A stretch of 64,000 nucleotides of DNA from assembly GCA_963761305.1 (NCBI GenBank), contig CAVXGK010000002.1, positions 2,432,001 through 2,496,000 of the forward strand. The letters run 5' to 3'. Under the pieces are notes generated by a model. That model had not been told where the DNA came from. It saw only the letters and a list, made by a program, of their open reading frames with translations, and ran no database searches. The DNA comes from an uncultured Gemmatimonadaceae bacterium (GTDB taxonomy: Bacteria > Gemmatimonadota > Gemmatimonadetes > Gemmatimonadales > Gemmatimonadaceae). The position numbers and the translations under genes are program-made. This document shows positions 9,416-18,355 of the stretch, piece after piece; the stretch's first letter is position 1; every line of letters begins with the position of its first letter.

Positions 9416-11218
9416 TCATTCGTCGGGCGACGACGTTCCCTTTTTCGCGCGCGGACGCGGTTTGGCCGGGGCCTTCGACACCACTCGCTTCGCGGCGGTC
9501 TTGGTGGCGGCGCGACTGCCACGCGTGCGCTTGCCGCGCGGCTCGGGCGGACGACCGTTCGTCTCGCTTTCGGCGAGAACGGCGACCGCTGCCGGGGCCG
9601 GCTCGTCGACGACGCCGACGGCGAGCAATTCCGGCGGCGGCGCGCCGGGGCGCGGGCGTGCGCTGCCGCGACGTCCTGCGCCGGCGCCGCGTGGGCCCAT
9701 GCCCAACCGAGGTCCGGGAAGAGAGGTCGTGGGTGGCTGCGTCTTCTTGATCGCGGCTTGTTCGTGCGTCGCGAGTTGATCGGCGACCGAACCCGCCGGC
9801 ACCGCTCGCGCGACCTCGAAGTCGTTGCCGTGGCGTCGAAGGTCGATGATGCCGTCGTCGTGCGCGTCTTTGAGAATGCGCACGAACATGCGATCGCTGA
9901 GGCTTTCCGAATCGCGCCCGAGGAGCTGGCGCGCGCGCGTGCGGACGGCGCTGGCACGCACCGACTCGTCGTCGCGAACGAGATCTTCTACGGTGCGCCG
10001 CAGCAGATCGAACGCTTCGGCGCGAGTGAGGCGATCACCGCCGGCTCCGGCAGACGCATCGGTCGCTGCCTTCGTCTCCCCCGCAAGCTCGAGCTGCAGG
10101 TCGGCGACCGCGGGGCGGCTCATCGGCGGCGTCACGGCGTGCCGATCGACAACCGGCGTCGAAACGGTCGGCGCGGGAACTGGCGCCACCGGAACGGGCG
10201 TCTCGGCCGTCGTCGTCATCTCGCGGGCGGCACGCGGCTCACGACCCTCGCGCTCCGGACCGCGACCTCGACCGCCGCGACGTCCTCGGCGGCGTCCGTT
10301 GGGGCGCTCTTCAGCCGTGGCTGGAGCCGACGCGGCGGGCTCGGCGGCGGACGCTTCGCCAGTCACCACACGAGGTGTGGCGGCGGGGGCGGGCGTCCCT
10401 TCGGGCACGTCGACTTCCAACTGCCCGTTGTCGAGCTTGGTGACCACGACGAGACCCTTCTGCGCGGCTTCCTGGCAGAACCGTGAGAATTTTGAAATTC
10501 CCAGATTCTTCTCGTCGAACGTCGGGTCGATCTCCTGCATCACCTGCTTGAGGCGGTCGGAGCGCATGACGTCGTTCGCCCGCTTCATGCGCTGGAGCGC
10601 TTCGGTGACGAGCTCCCACGGATCGTACTTTCGCCCCGGCTCGTCTTCGCTCGCCTTCACCAACCCGGCGAGCGCGTTGTAGCTGTAGTACTCGTCGCAG
10701 TTCTGGACGAGCAGATCGCTCGACGATTCGCGGATGCCGACGCCGATGACGTACTTGCCGTACTCCTTGAGCTTGATCACCAAGCTCGAGAAGTCGGAGT
10801 CGCCGGAGAGGAGAATGAAGGTGCCGATTTCCGGACGCGTGAACACGAGTTCGAGCGCGTCGATGGCGAGGCGGATGTCGGTGGCGTTCTTCTTCGACGA
10901 CCCGTACGCCGGCGCGAAGATCAGGTCGATCGACGCTTCCGCCAGCGGCACGATGTACATCGGGTAGCGGCGCCAGTCTGCGTAGGCGCGCTGCACGGCG
11001 ACCTTGCCCTTGATGATCTCCGACGAGAGGAGGCTGCGAAGCTCCTTTCCGAGGTCGGAGCGAATCCCCATCGTGACGTTGTCGAAGTCGATGAGGAGCG
11101 CGGCGTTGGGCGCGTGAATCGGCGGCAACACGCTCGAGATCGCGGACATCGCCTGCGGCCCGCGGTGAATGAGAGCGCTCGAGGCCCTGGTGGGCGAGCG
11201 CGGATGTCTAGAATTCAT
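9416..11218 (-). CDS. NYN (LabA/DUF88) domain protein with OST-HTH/LOTUS-like domain(s) and low-complexity linkers
   Basis: LLIDFDN, RAYADW, KNATDIRLAIDA, LSGDSDF, GKYVIGVG; LOTUS-like IDPTFDEKNLGISKFSRF; alternative start 11149. Confidence 0.88.
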   Translation of the reverse strand: MNSRHPRSPTRASSALIHRGPQAMSAISSVLPPIHAPNAALLIDFDNVTMGIRSDLGKELRSLLSSEIIKGKVAVQRAYADWRRYPMYIVPLAEASIDLIFAPAYGSSKKNATDIRLAIDALELVFTRPEIGTFILLSGDSDFSSLVIKLKEYGKYVIGVGIRESSSDLLVQNCDEYYSYNALAGLVKASEDEPGRKYDPWELVTEALQRMKRANDVMRSDRLKQVMQEIDPTFDEKNLGISKFSRFCQEAAQKGLVVVTKLDNGQLEVDVPEGTPAPAATPRVVTGEASAAEPAASAPATAEERPNGRRRGRRGGRGRGPEREGREPRAAREMTTTAETPVPVAPVPAPTVSTPVVDRHAVTPPMSRPAVADLQLELAGETKAATDASAGAGGDRLTRAEAFDLLRRTVEDLVRDDESVRASAVRTRARQLLGRDSESLSDRMFVRILKDAHDDGIIDLRRHGNDFEVARAVPAGSVADQLATHEQAAIKKTQPPTTSLPGPRLGMGPRGAGAGRRGSARPRPGAPPPELLAVGVVDEPAPAAVAVLAESETNGRPPEPRGKRTRGSRAATKTAAKRVVSKAPAKPRPRAKKGTSSPDE

Positions 11219-11282
11219 GCATCGGCTTTGCTAGTCAAACCAGAAATGTAGGGCGCCACACCTCGTAAAGCCATGTCGCGGC

Positions 11283-11705
11283 TCAATCTCCCATCGCCTT
11301 GAGGATGACCCGCTTCGGGCGCTGGCCGTCCCATTCGCCGTAGAAGATCCTCTGCCAAGGCCCGAGATCGAGCCTTCCGGCCGTGACCGGCACGATCACC
11401 TCGTGCCCGATCGTGATCGAGCGGAGGTGCGCGGCCGCGTTGTCCTCGCCCGTGCCGCTGTTGTGGCGATAGCGCTCCGGTTCCCACGGCGCGACGGATT
11501 CCTCGAGCCAATCGAGAATGTCCTGCCAGAGCCCGGGTTCGTGGTCGTTCACGAACACCGACGCCGAGATGTGCATCGCCGAGGCGAGCACCATGCCCTC
11601 GGTGATCTTCGCCGCTGCGCGGCAGCGCTCCACCGCATCGGTGATGTCGATGATCTCCTGACGGCGTTTCGTCTCGAACGTGAGATAGTCGGTGTGGCTC
11701 TTCAT
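11283..11705 (-). CDS. yjbQ: YjbQ/UPF0047 family protein
   Basis: MHISASVFVND, YRHNSGTGEDNAAAH, GRLDLGPWQRIFYGEWDG. Confidence 0.9.
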   Translation of the reverse strand: MKSHTDYLTFETKRRQEIIDITDAVERCRAAAKITEGMVLASAMHISASVFVNDHEPGLWQDILDWLEESVAPWEPERYRHNSGTGEDNAAAHLRSITIGHEVIVPVTAGRLDLGPWQRIFYGEWDGQRPKRVILKAMGD

Positions 11706-11793
11706 CTGGGTGTCGTCAGGGTGGTTGGTCACCTGCACCACCTGTATGTTAGACCCCGAAACCGTCGTCATGCGCACCCCGTAGGAGCCCCTT

Positions 11794-13029
11794 GTGAAGC
11801 GCGTCGGATTTCGCGGCCGCCTCTTCGCCATTCTGCTGGCTTTTGCCCTCGTTCCGTCGATCCTCATTGCCGTCGCGTGGAACGCCACCGGGTCGTTCGT
11901 GCTTCCGCTCGTTTCGGGGACTGCGGCGTGGGACAGCGTGGCGGCCACGGGCGAGCGAGCGGTGACGGCGTTGCGCGGAGCGAACCTGTCGGACGCGCAG
12001 AAACGCGCGCTCGACGCGCACGAGCGCGTGCTCCGAAACAGCGTTGTGCACTCGCGACAGGCGGATTTCGTCTTTCGGCAGGGGGCCAAGATGATCGCCT
12101 TCACGACGCTCATCGGCGTGCTGGTGATCGCCGTCGTCGCGTCGCGCGTGGCGGGGCATCTGAGCCGCAATCTGAGCCGGCCGTTGCGAGAGCTTGTCGG
12201 ATGGACAGAGCGCATCGGGCATGGAGAGCCGTTGCCGACGACGCCGCCGCGCCGCGGCGCACCCGAGTTCGAGGTGCTGCGCCGCAGCATGCGCGAGATG
12301 GCCGGCGAGTTGGAAATCGGGCGGGCGCAAGCGGTCGAAGCCGAACGATCAGCCGTGCTGCGCGAGAGCGCGCGACAAGTCGCACACGAGCTCAAGAATC
12401 CGCTCACGCCGATTCGCTTCGCCGTCGAGCGGCTGCAGCGCGAGGCGCCGCCGCAGCTCGCCGAGACGGTGGAAGTGCTGGCGACAGAATCACAGCGGCT
12501 CGAGGCGTTGGCGCGAAGCTTCGCCCAGTTCGGACGCTTGCCCGAAGGTCCGCGCGCCGAGGTGGACGTGGGTGAGCTGGCGCGCTACACGGCGCGGGCG
12601 ACGATTCCGCCGACCGTCGACGTGCGCGTGGACGTCGCCGCCGACGTGCCGATGATCCAGGCGCACCACGACGCGCTCGCGCGCGCGCTGTCGAACGTCA
12701 TGCTGAACGCGGTCGACGCGTGCAAGGACGGCGGCGCCGTCGGTGTTCGCGTGCGTCGCACGGCGCACGCCGGGCGCGACGCGGTCGAGATCGCCGTGGC
12801 GGACACGGGCTGCGGCATCGCCCCCGACCGGCTCTCGCGCATCTGGGATCCGTACGTCACGTCGAAGCCCGGCGGCACGGGACTCGGCCTCGCCATTGCG
12901 CGACAGGCGGTGCTCGCGCATCAGGGCGCCGTGAGCGCCGACAGCCGCGTGGGCAGCGGCACGGAGATTCGATTCGTGCTGCCCGTCGACGGCCACCAGA
13001 ATGGAGTGGAGGCGGGCGATGCATCCTAA
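11794..13029 (+). CDS. Membrane sensor histidine kinase (HAMP-HisKA-HATPase, NtrY-like H-box)
   Basis: Two TM segments, HAMP region, ARQVAHELKNPLTPI, NAVDA, DTGCGI, GTGLGLAI; AGGAG RBS. Confidence 0.92.
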   Translation: MKRVGFRGRLFAILLAFALVPSILIAVAWNATGSFVLPLVSGTAAWDSVAATGERAVTALRGANLSDAQKRALDAHERVLRNSVVHSRQADFVFRQGAKMIAFTTLIGVLVIAVVASRVAGHLSRNLSRPLRELVGWTERIGHGEPLPTTPPRRGAPEFEVLRRSMREMAGELEIGRAQAVEAERSAVLRESARQVAHELKNPLTPIRFAVERLQREAPPQLAETVEVLATESQRLEALARSFAQFGRLPEGPRAEVDVGELARYTARATIPPTVDVRVDVAADVPMIQAHHDALARALSNVMLNAVDACKDGGAVGVRVRRTAHAGRDAVEIAVADTGCGIAPDRLSRIWDPYVTSKPGGTGLGLAIARQAVLAHQGAVSADSRVGSGTEIRFVLPVDGHQNGVEAGDAS

Positions 13030-13318
13030 TGGAGTGTGGGTACCGATCGTGTTGTTCATGTCGGTTGCGGCGACGGCGATCCTCGTTCCGATCGCGCGGG
13101 CGTTCGCGCGTCGTATGGACCGCGACCCGATGTCTCCGGCGATTTCTCCGGAGCTCGCAGCGCAGATCGAACGCATGGAACACGCGATCGATTCCATCGC
13201 CATCGAGGTCGAGCGCATCTCCGAAGGACAGCGCTTCACCACGAAGCTGCTGGCGGAGCGGAACAACGGCGCCGCCAGCGGCGCGGCGTCGACCCAGGCG
13301 AGCGGAAAGTCCACATGA
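13019..13318 (+). CDS. Small single-TM protein with C-terminal coiled coil (PspB-like layout), paralog 1
   Basis: GGAGG RBS, N-terminal TM, IERMEHAIDSIAIEVERISEGQRFTTKLL; overlaps both neighbours. Confidence 0.8.
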   Translation: MHPNGVWVPIVLFMSVAATAILVPIARAFARRMDRDPMSPAISPELAAQIERMEHAIDSIAIEVERISEGQRFTTKLLAERNNGAASGAASTQASGKST

Positions 13319-13650
13319 TGATTCTCGCGACGATCGTGCAGGGTCCCGACGTCATTCCGCCCGGCGCGATCGAGATCAGCGAAGCGTTCTTCGCCACGGT
13401 CGCGATCATCGCGCTGGGGATTCCGATCATCCGCGCCATCACCCGGCGGTTGGAGCGCGGCCCGTCGGCGGCGGAGCTGGCGCAGCAGGCGTCGCCCGAA
13501 GTGCTGACGCGCCTGGAGCGGATCGAGCAGGGCGTGGAAGCGATCGCCGTCGAGGTGGAGCGCATCGCCGAGGCGCAGCGCTTCTCGGCCAAGATCATGG
13601 CCGAGCAGCAGAAGCGCGCGCTGCCGCACGCCGACTCGACCACACAATAA
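13315..13650 (+). CDS. Small single-TM protein with C-terminal coiled coil (PspB-like layout), paralog 2
   Basis: ATGA overlap with paralog 1; TM segment then LERIEQGVEAIAVEVERIAEAQRFSAKIM. Confidence 0.8.
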   Translation: MMILATIVQGPDVIPPGAIEISEAFFATVAIIALGIPIIRAITRRLERGPSAAELAQQASPEVLTRLERIEQGVEAIAVEVERIAEAQRFSAKIMAEQQKRALPHADSTTQ

Positions 13651-13660
13651 GAGAAGTCGA

Positions 13661-15052
13661 ATGCCCAGCGTGCTGATCATCGACGACGAGTCGAACATCC
13701 GCCGGATGGTCGGCGCGCTGTTGGCCGCGGAGGGCTACGAAGTCCGCGACGCGCACGACGGCGCCGGCGGGTTGTCGCGCGCACTCGAGGCCGAACCCGA
13801 CGCGCTGCTGCTCGACCTGATGATCCCTGGCGAGCTGGACGGCATGGCGACGCTGGCGCGAGTGCGGGAGTCGCTGCCGGACGTCCCGGTCATCATGATG
13901 AGCGGACGGGCAGGACTCAGCGACGCGGTGAAAGCGACCAAGCTCGGCGCGTTCAACTTTCTTGAAAAGCCGCTCAGCCCCGAGAGCGTGCTGCTCGCGC
14001 TGTCCTCGGCCATGGAGCTGCGACAGGCGAAGCGCGAGGCGCGGACGCTGCGCGCCGATCTCGGGCTCAGCGGCGAGATGATCGGCGAGAGCCCGGGCAT
14101 GAAGCAGGTGCGCGCGCTCATCGATCGCGTGGCGCCGAGCGATTCGCGCGTGATGATCACCGGCGAGTCGGGCACGGGCAAAGAGCTCGTCGCGGCGGCG
14201 ATTCACTCGGGCAGCGGACGGCGCGACAAGCCGTTCGTGCGCGTGAACTGCGCCGCGATCCCGCGCGATCTCGTGGAGAGCGAGATGTTCGGGCACGAGC
14301 GCGGCGCGTTCACGGGCGCGACCGACAGGCGCATCGGACGGTTCGAGCTGGCGCACCGCGGCACGCTGTTTCTCGACGAAGTCGGCGACCTCGGCGCCGA
14401 AGCGCAGGCCAAGCTGCTGCGGGCGATCGAAGCGAAGGAGATCGAGCGCGTCGGCGGCGGCAAGCCGATTCGCGCCGACGTGCGCATCGTGTCGGCGACG
14501 AACAAGGATCTCGCGCGCGGCGTGCTCGACGGCGCGTTTCGCGAAGATCTCCTCTTTCGGCTCAACGTGATTCCGATTCCGCTGCCGCCGCTGCGCGACC
14601 GGCCGGGCGACATTCCGCCGCTCGTGCGGCATTTCGCCGCGCTGCACCGGCTGCGCACCGGACAATCGGTGACGGAGTGGAGCGACGAAGCCGTCTCCGC
14701 GCTCTCGCGTCACCGTTGGCCGGGCAACGTGCGCGAGCTGGCGAACATCATCGAGCGTCTGGCGATCTTGCACGCCGGCCGTCGCGTAACGGAGAGCGAC
14801 ATCGCAGCCGTGCTGCCGCTCGAGCGCGCGCCGCGAACGCCGACGCCGCCGACGTCGCTTCCCCTCCCCGATCCCAACGAGCTGGAATCGTCGCTCACCG
14901 ACACACTCGACGACTACGAGCGAACGTTGATCTCGCGCGCACTGTCGATGGCGAACGGCAACGTGGCCGAGGCGGCCCGACGGCTGCGTACCGACCGGCC
15001 CAACTTGTACCGGAGGATGCGGCGGTTGGGCATCGCCGTCGGCGCCGAGTAG
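13661..15052 (+). CDS. Sigma54-dependent response regulator (REC-AAA+-Fis HTH; NtrX/NtrC family)
   Basis: IIDDE and LLDL receiver, GESGTGKE, GAFTGA, LFLDEVG, WPGNVREL, C-terminal HTH. Confidence 0.95.
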   Translation: MPSVLIIDDESNIRRMVGALLAAEGYEVRDAHDGAGGLSRALEAEPDALLLDLMIPGELDGMATLARVRESLPDVPVIMMSGRAGLSDAVKATKLGAFNFLEKPLSPESVLLALSSAMELRQAKREARTLRADLGLSGEMIGESPGMKQVRALIDRVAPSDSRVMITGESGTGKELVAAAIHSGSGRRDKPFVRVNCAAIPRDLVESEMFGHERGAFTGATDRRIGRFELAHRGTLFLDEVGDLGAEAQAKLLRAIEAKEIERVGGGKPIRADVRIVSATNKDLARGVLDGAFREDLLFRLNVIPIPLPPLRDRPGDIPPLVRHFAALHRLRTGQSVTEWSDEAVSALSRHRWPGNVRELANIIERLAILHAGRRVTESDIAAVLPLERAPRTPTPPTSLPLPDPNELESSLTDTLDDYERTLISRALSMANGNVAEAARRLRTDRPNLYRRMRRLGIAVGAE

Positions 15053-15100
15053 CGCGGGCGGAGACGTCGTGCATTCCCGCGGTCTTTGACTGGAGCTTTC

Positions 15101-16822
15101 ATGTGTAGGCGAACCCTGACACTCATCGGCGCGGCGTGCGTCGCCGCGACGTCGCGCGCCGCTCCCGCCGTGGCGCAGGAGACCGCGCCGGCGACGCGGT
15201 CGTCGTTGCCGCGCGACGTGCGGCACGAAGCCATCGACCGGTGGAACGGCCAGAACGCGCTCCGCGCGACGGAGCAGACGGAGATCGCGGCCGGCCAGGA
15301 AGTGAGCGGCAACGTCGCGGTGCAGCACGGCCCGCTGCTCATCGCGGGACACGTCACCGGCAACGTGCTCGCGCTGAACTCGAGCGTCGTGCTGCGATCG
15401 ACCGCTCACGTCGACGGCATGCTGCTGGTGATCGGCGGACACGCCGAGAACGCCGATTCGGCGCGGGTGGACGGCGGCACCCGCACGTACGCCGATTCGC
15501 TCGTGTACCGGCAGGACGGCGACCGCATCGTGGCGATCACGACCGGCGAGCCCGACGAGGATTCGTGGTGGCACCGGCTCGAGCGCGAGCACGACGAAAA
15601 CTGGGCGAAGGCCGTGCGCATCGTGCAGGCGGGCGCGTACAACCGCGTCGAGGGATGGCCGTTCAGCATCGGACCGGTCATGCACCGGCTCACGCCATGG
15701 GGAAGCGTCGACGCCGGCGCCTCGGCGATCGTGCGGACCGGAAGCTTCGAGTCGCAGAACGGCGACGTCGGCCACGACCTGCGCGGCGAAGTGCGGTTCG
15801 GGCGCGAGCGCGGCATCGGGATCGGCGGCCGCGTGTTCAGCGTCGTCGATCCGGTGGAAGACTGGCAGCTGAGCAGCGTGGAGACGGCGCTGGCGGCGTT
15901 TCTCGTGCGACGCGACTACCGCGACTACTTCCAACGCCACGGCGCGACGGCGATCGCCACGCTGTACGGCACCGGGAACGTCAAGCTCACCGGCACCTTC
16001 GGCCAGGAGCACTGGGATTCGAGAACGCTCAAGAACCCCTTCACGCTGTTCAACGACGCGGAGGACTGGCGTCCGAACCCGGAGATGGACGCGGGCGTGT
16101 TTCACGTGGGGACGCTGTCGCTGACGCTCGACACGCGTACCGATCAGGACGATCCGTGGTCCGGGTGGCTGGCGCTGGCGAACGTCGAGCACGGCGCCGG
16201 AACGCCGACGGCCGTCGGGCCGACGTCAGTCCGGCGCGAAACGACGGCCGGTGACCACGTCGAGTACACGCGCGGCTTTCTCGACCTGCGGCGCTACAAT
16301 CGGCTCGGGCCGAACGACCAGCTGAACTTGCGCGTCGTGCTCGGCGGTTGGATGGGCGGCGACGAGCTTCCGCTCGAGCGGCGGCTGTCGGTCGACGGTC
16401 CGGGGGCGATCGCGGGCTACGATTTTCGTTCGGTGCTCACGCCGAACGTGGCCACGTGCACGTACACGGGATCGTTCGTCGCCGGACAGCCGGCGGCGTG
16501 CGAACGCATCGCGCTGGCGCAGGTGGAGTACCGCGGCGATCTCAGATTCGATTTCACCGGACGCTGGCCGGACTGGCCGCAGAACTATCACAGCGAACAC
16601 GGCGACGTCGCGTATGTCGTGTTCGCCGACGCGGGACGCGGTTGGCTCGTCGGTTCGTCGCCGAACGAGTACAACGCGTCGACCATTCCGCCGCTGTCGA
16701 CGTTCCGGACGGACATCGGTTTCGGTTTGGACGTCGGCGGCATCGGCGTGTACGCGGCGAAGTCGCTGTCGACGCCGGCGCAGAATCTGAATTTCTTTTT
16801 CCGGCTGAGGCATCGGTTTTGA
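15101..16822 (+). CDS. Omp85/BamA-TamA-like outer-membrane barrel with N-terminal bactofilin-like beta-helix
   Basis: Signal peptide; VSGNVAV..IAGHVTGNVLAL..VDGMLLVIGG repeats; YNRVEG, LPLERRLSVDGPGAIAGY, FADAG, terminal Phe (RLRHRF). Confidence 0.7.
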   Translation: MCRRTLTLIGAACVAATSRAAPAVAQETAPATRSSLPRDVRHEAIDRWNGQNALRATEQTEIAAGQEVSGNVAVQHGPLLIAGHVTGNVLALNSSVVLRSTAHVDGMLLVIGGHAENADSARVDGGTRTYADSLVYRQDGDRIVAITTGEPDEDSWWHRLEREHDENWAKAVRIVQAGAYNRVEGWPFSIGPVMHRLTPWGSVDAGASAIVRTGSFESQNGDVGHDLRGEVRFGRERGIGIGGRVFSVVDPVEDWQLSSVETALAAFLVRRDYRDYFQRHGATAIATLYGTGNVKLTGTFGQEHWDSRTLKNPFTLFNDAEDWRPNPEMDAGVFHVGTLSLTLDTRTDQDDPWSGWLALANVEHGAGTPTAVGPTSVRRETTAGDHVEYTRGFLDLRRYNRLGPNDQLNLRVVLGGWMGGDELPLERRLSVDGPGAIAGYDFRSVLTPNVATCTYTGSFVAGQPAACERIALAQVEYRGDLRFDFTGRWPDWPQNYHSEHGDVAYVVFADAGRGWLVGSSPNEYNASTIPPLSTFRTDIGFGLDVGGIGVYAAKSLSTPAQNLNFFFRLRHRF

Positions 16823-16842
16823 GCCGTCGGCCGCGCCGCACC

Positions 16843-17505
16843 ATGGCGAGGTTGCTGCTTGCCATGCTCACGCTCGTCGTGGGCGGGCTGGCCGCACCAG
16901 TCGTCGCGCTTTCCGCTCAGGAGGGCGGCGTGCGACTCGGCGTGGCCGTCACGCCGGCGACGGCGACCAAGGAAGGTCCGTCGATCACCAGCGCCAACCT
17001 GCTCGGCGACTCCAAGACGCGCGAGCTGCTGCGCAACGGATTTCCGGCGCGCGTTCATTACAGGCTCGAGCTCTGGGAAAAGGGCGGCTTCGGCGGCGAC
17101 GACCGGACCGGCTTCACCGAGTGGGACGTGCTGGTGACGTTCGACCCGACGAGCCAACTGTTCACCGTCCAACGGCACACGATGACCACGGCCGGGGGCG
17201 TGAACGAGAACTTCGGCAGCTTCTCGTCGCTCGCCGCTGCCGAGACGCAGTTCGGGCGGCCCTATCGCGCGGCGCTGCATCCCGAGCGATCAGGACACTT
17301 CTATTACAATCTCAGCGTGGACGTGCAGACGCTCACCGTGAGCGACCTCGACGCGCTCGAACAATGGCTGCGCGGTTCCTCGGCGCCGCAGCACACAAAC
17401 GTCTTCCACGGTATCTGGAGCGGCCTCGGCACGCTCGTGTCGCGCATCCTGGGCGGCGACAAGCGCAAGTACGAGCAGCGCTCCGACGTGTTCGACGCGT
17501 TGTGA
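16843..17505 (+). CDS. Exported protein, DUF4390-like
   Basis: Signal peptide; RELLRNGFPARVHYRLELW and VTFDPTSQLF resemble DUF4390, whose members sit beside NtrY/NtrX-type pairs. Confidence 0.55.
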   Translation: MARLLLAMLTLVVGGLAAPVVALSAQEGGVRLGVAVTPATATKEGPSITSANLLGDSKTRELLRNGFPARVHYRLELWEKGGFGGDDRTGFTEWDVLVTFDPTSQLFTVQRHTMTTAGGVNENFGSFSSLAAAETQFGRPYRAALHPERSGHFYYNLSVDVQTLTVSDLDALEQWLRGSSAPQHTNVFHGIWSGLGTLVSRILGGDKRKYEQRSDVFDAL

Positions 17506-17506
17506 T

Positions 17507-17554
17507 CGGGTTGAGAACAACCCCAACTGCTTGACGCAGTCGCAGTTGCAGTTC
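17507..17554. terminator. Paired short hairpins between convergent genes
   Basis: gggttg-agaa-caaccc and caactgc...gcagttg. Confidence 0.45.
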
Positions 17555-17574
17555 CGGGACTGGTTCGCGAGACG

Positions 17575-18159
17575 CTAGTGCGTCGCCCGGAGTCCGCGGT
17601 GCTCGAGCTGTTCGAGGTGGTGCAGGACTTCGCTACCGTAGAACGTCTTGATGTAGCGCGCCTGCGTCGGCGTCAGTCGCCGAACGGCCCAGCTCAGGTG
17701 CACGAAGTGCGGCTCCACCGGATGCGAGAGCGGGTGCATCCCGATTTCCTCGGGAAGCCGGTTGCCTTTGCGCGTGTTGCAGGCGCTGCAGGCGGCGACG
17801 ACGTTCGTCCAGTCGTTCGTGCCGCCGCGCGAGAGCGGAATCAGGTGGTCACGCGTGAGCGCTTCGCGCGGCTTGAACTCCGTCATGTGCCGGCCGCAGT
17901 ACTGGCACATGTACCGGTCGCGCGCGAAGAGGAACGTGTTCGTCACTTGCCGGCGGAAACGCCGCGGGACGTGGATGAACTTCGTGAGCCGGATTACGGC
18001 TGGCCTCGGCATGGTCAGTCGCTCGGACCGCACGACGCGATCGGAGTCCGACTCGATGATCTCGGCCTTGCCGTCAATCACGAGTCGAAGCGCGCGCCGC
18101 ATCGGAACCATTGTCAGCGGCTCGTACGATGCGTTCAGTGCCAGGCAGCCAAGCACCAC
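17575..18159 (-). CDS. HNH endonuclease (McrA-like, Zn-binding)
   Basis: GAAGGAGG RBS then GTG 18159; LALNASYEPL, ARDRYMCQYCG, TRDHLIPLSRGG, NVVAACSACNTRKG. Confidence 0.9.
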   Translation of the reverse strand: MVLGCLALNASYEPLTMVPMRRALRLVIDGKAEIIESDSDRVVRSERLTMPRPAVIRLTKFIHVPRRFRRQVTNTFLFARDRYMCQYCGRHMTEFKPREALTRDHLIPLSRGGTNDWTNVVAACSACNTRKGNRLPEEIGMHPLSHPVEPHFVHLSWAVRRLTPTQARYIKTFYGSEVLHHLEQLEHRGLRATH

Positions 18160-18299
18160 GAAGACGTACCCTCCTTCAATCGAGGATCGGCACACCACCT
18201 CCCGCGATACAGCCGACGGGAGGGCGAGGAGGCGATCGACGGCTGCACCCACCCATCTACGGGCGCAACTGCATGTGCCGGAAGGCTCTACGATATAGC

Positions 18300-18328
18300 A
18301 AGCTATGCTGGCGCCAGCGACGCGACAA
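18300..18328 (-). promoter_or_regulatory. Putative sigma70 promoter of the HNH gene
   Basis: Minus strand TTGTCG-N17-TAGCTT, implying a leader of about 135 nt. Confidence 0.5.
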
Positions 18329-18355
18329 GCTCGTGTCTCAATCGCTCCATCTTCG

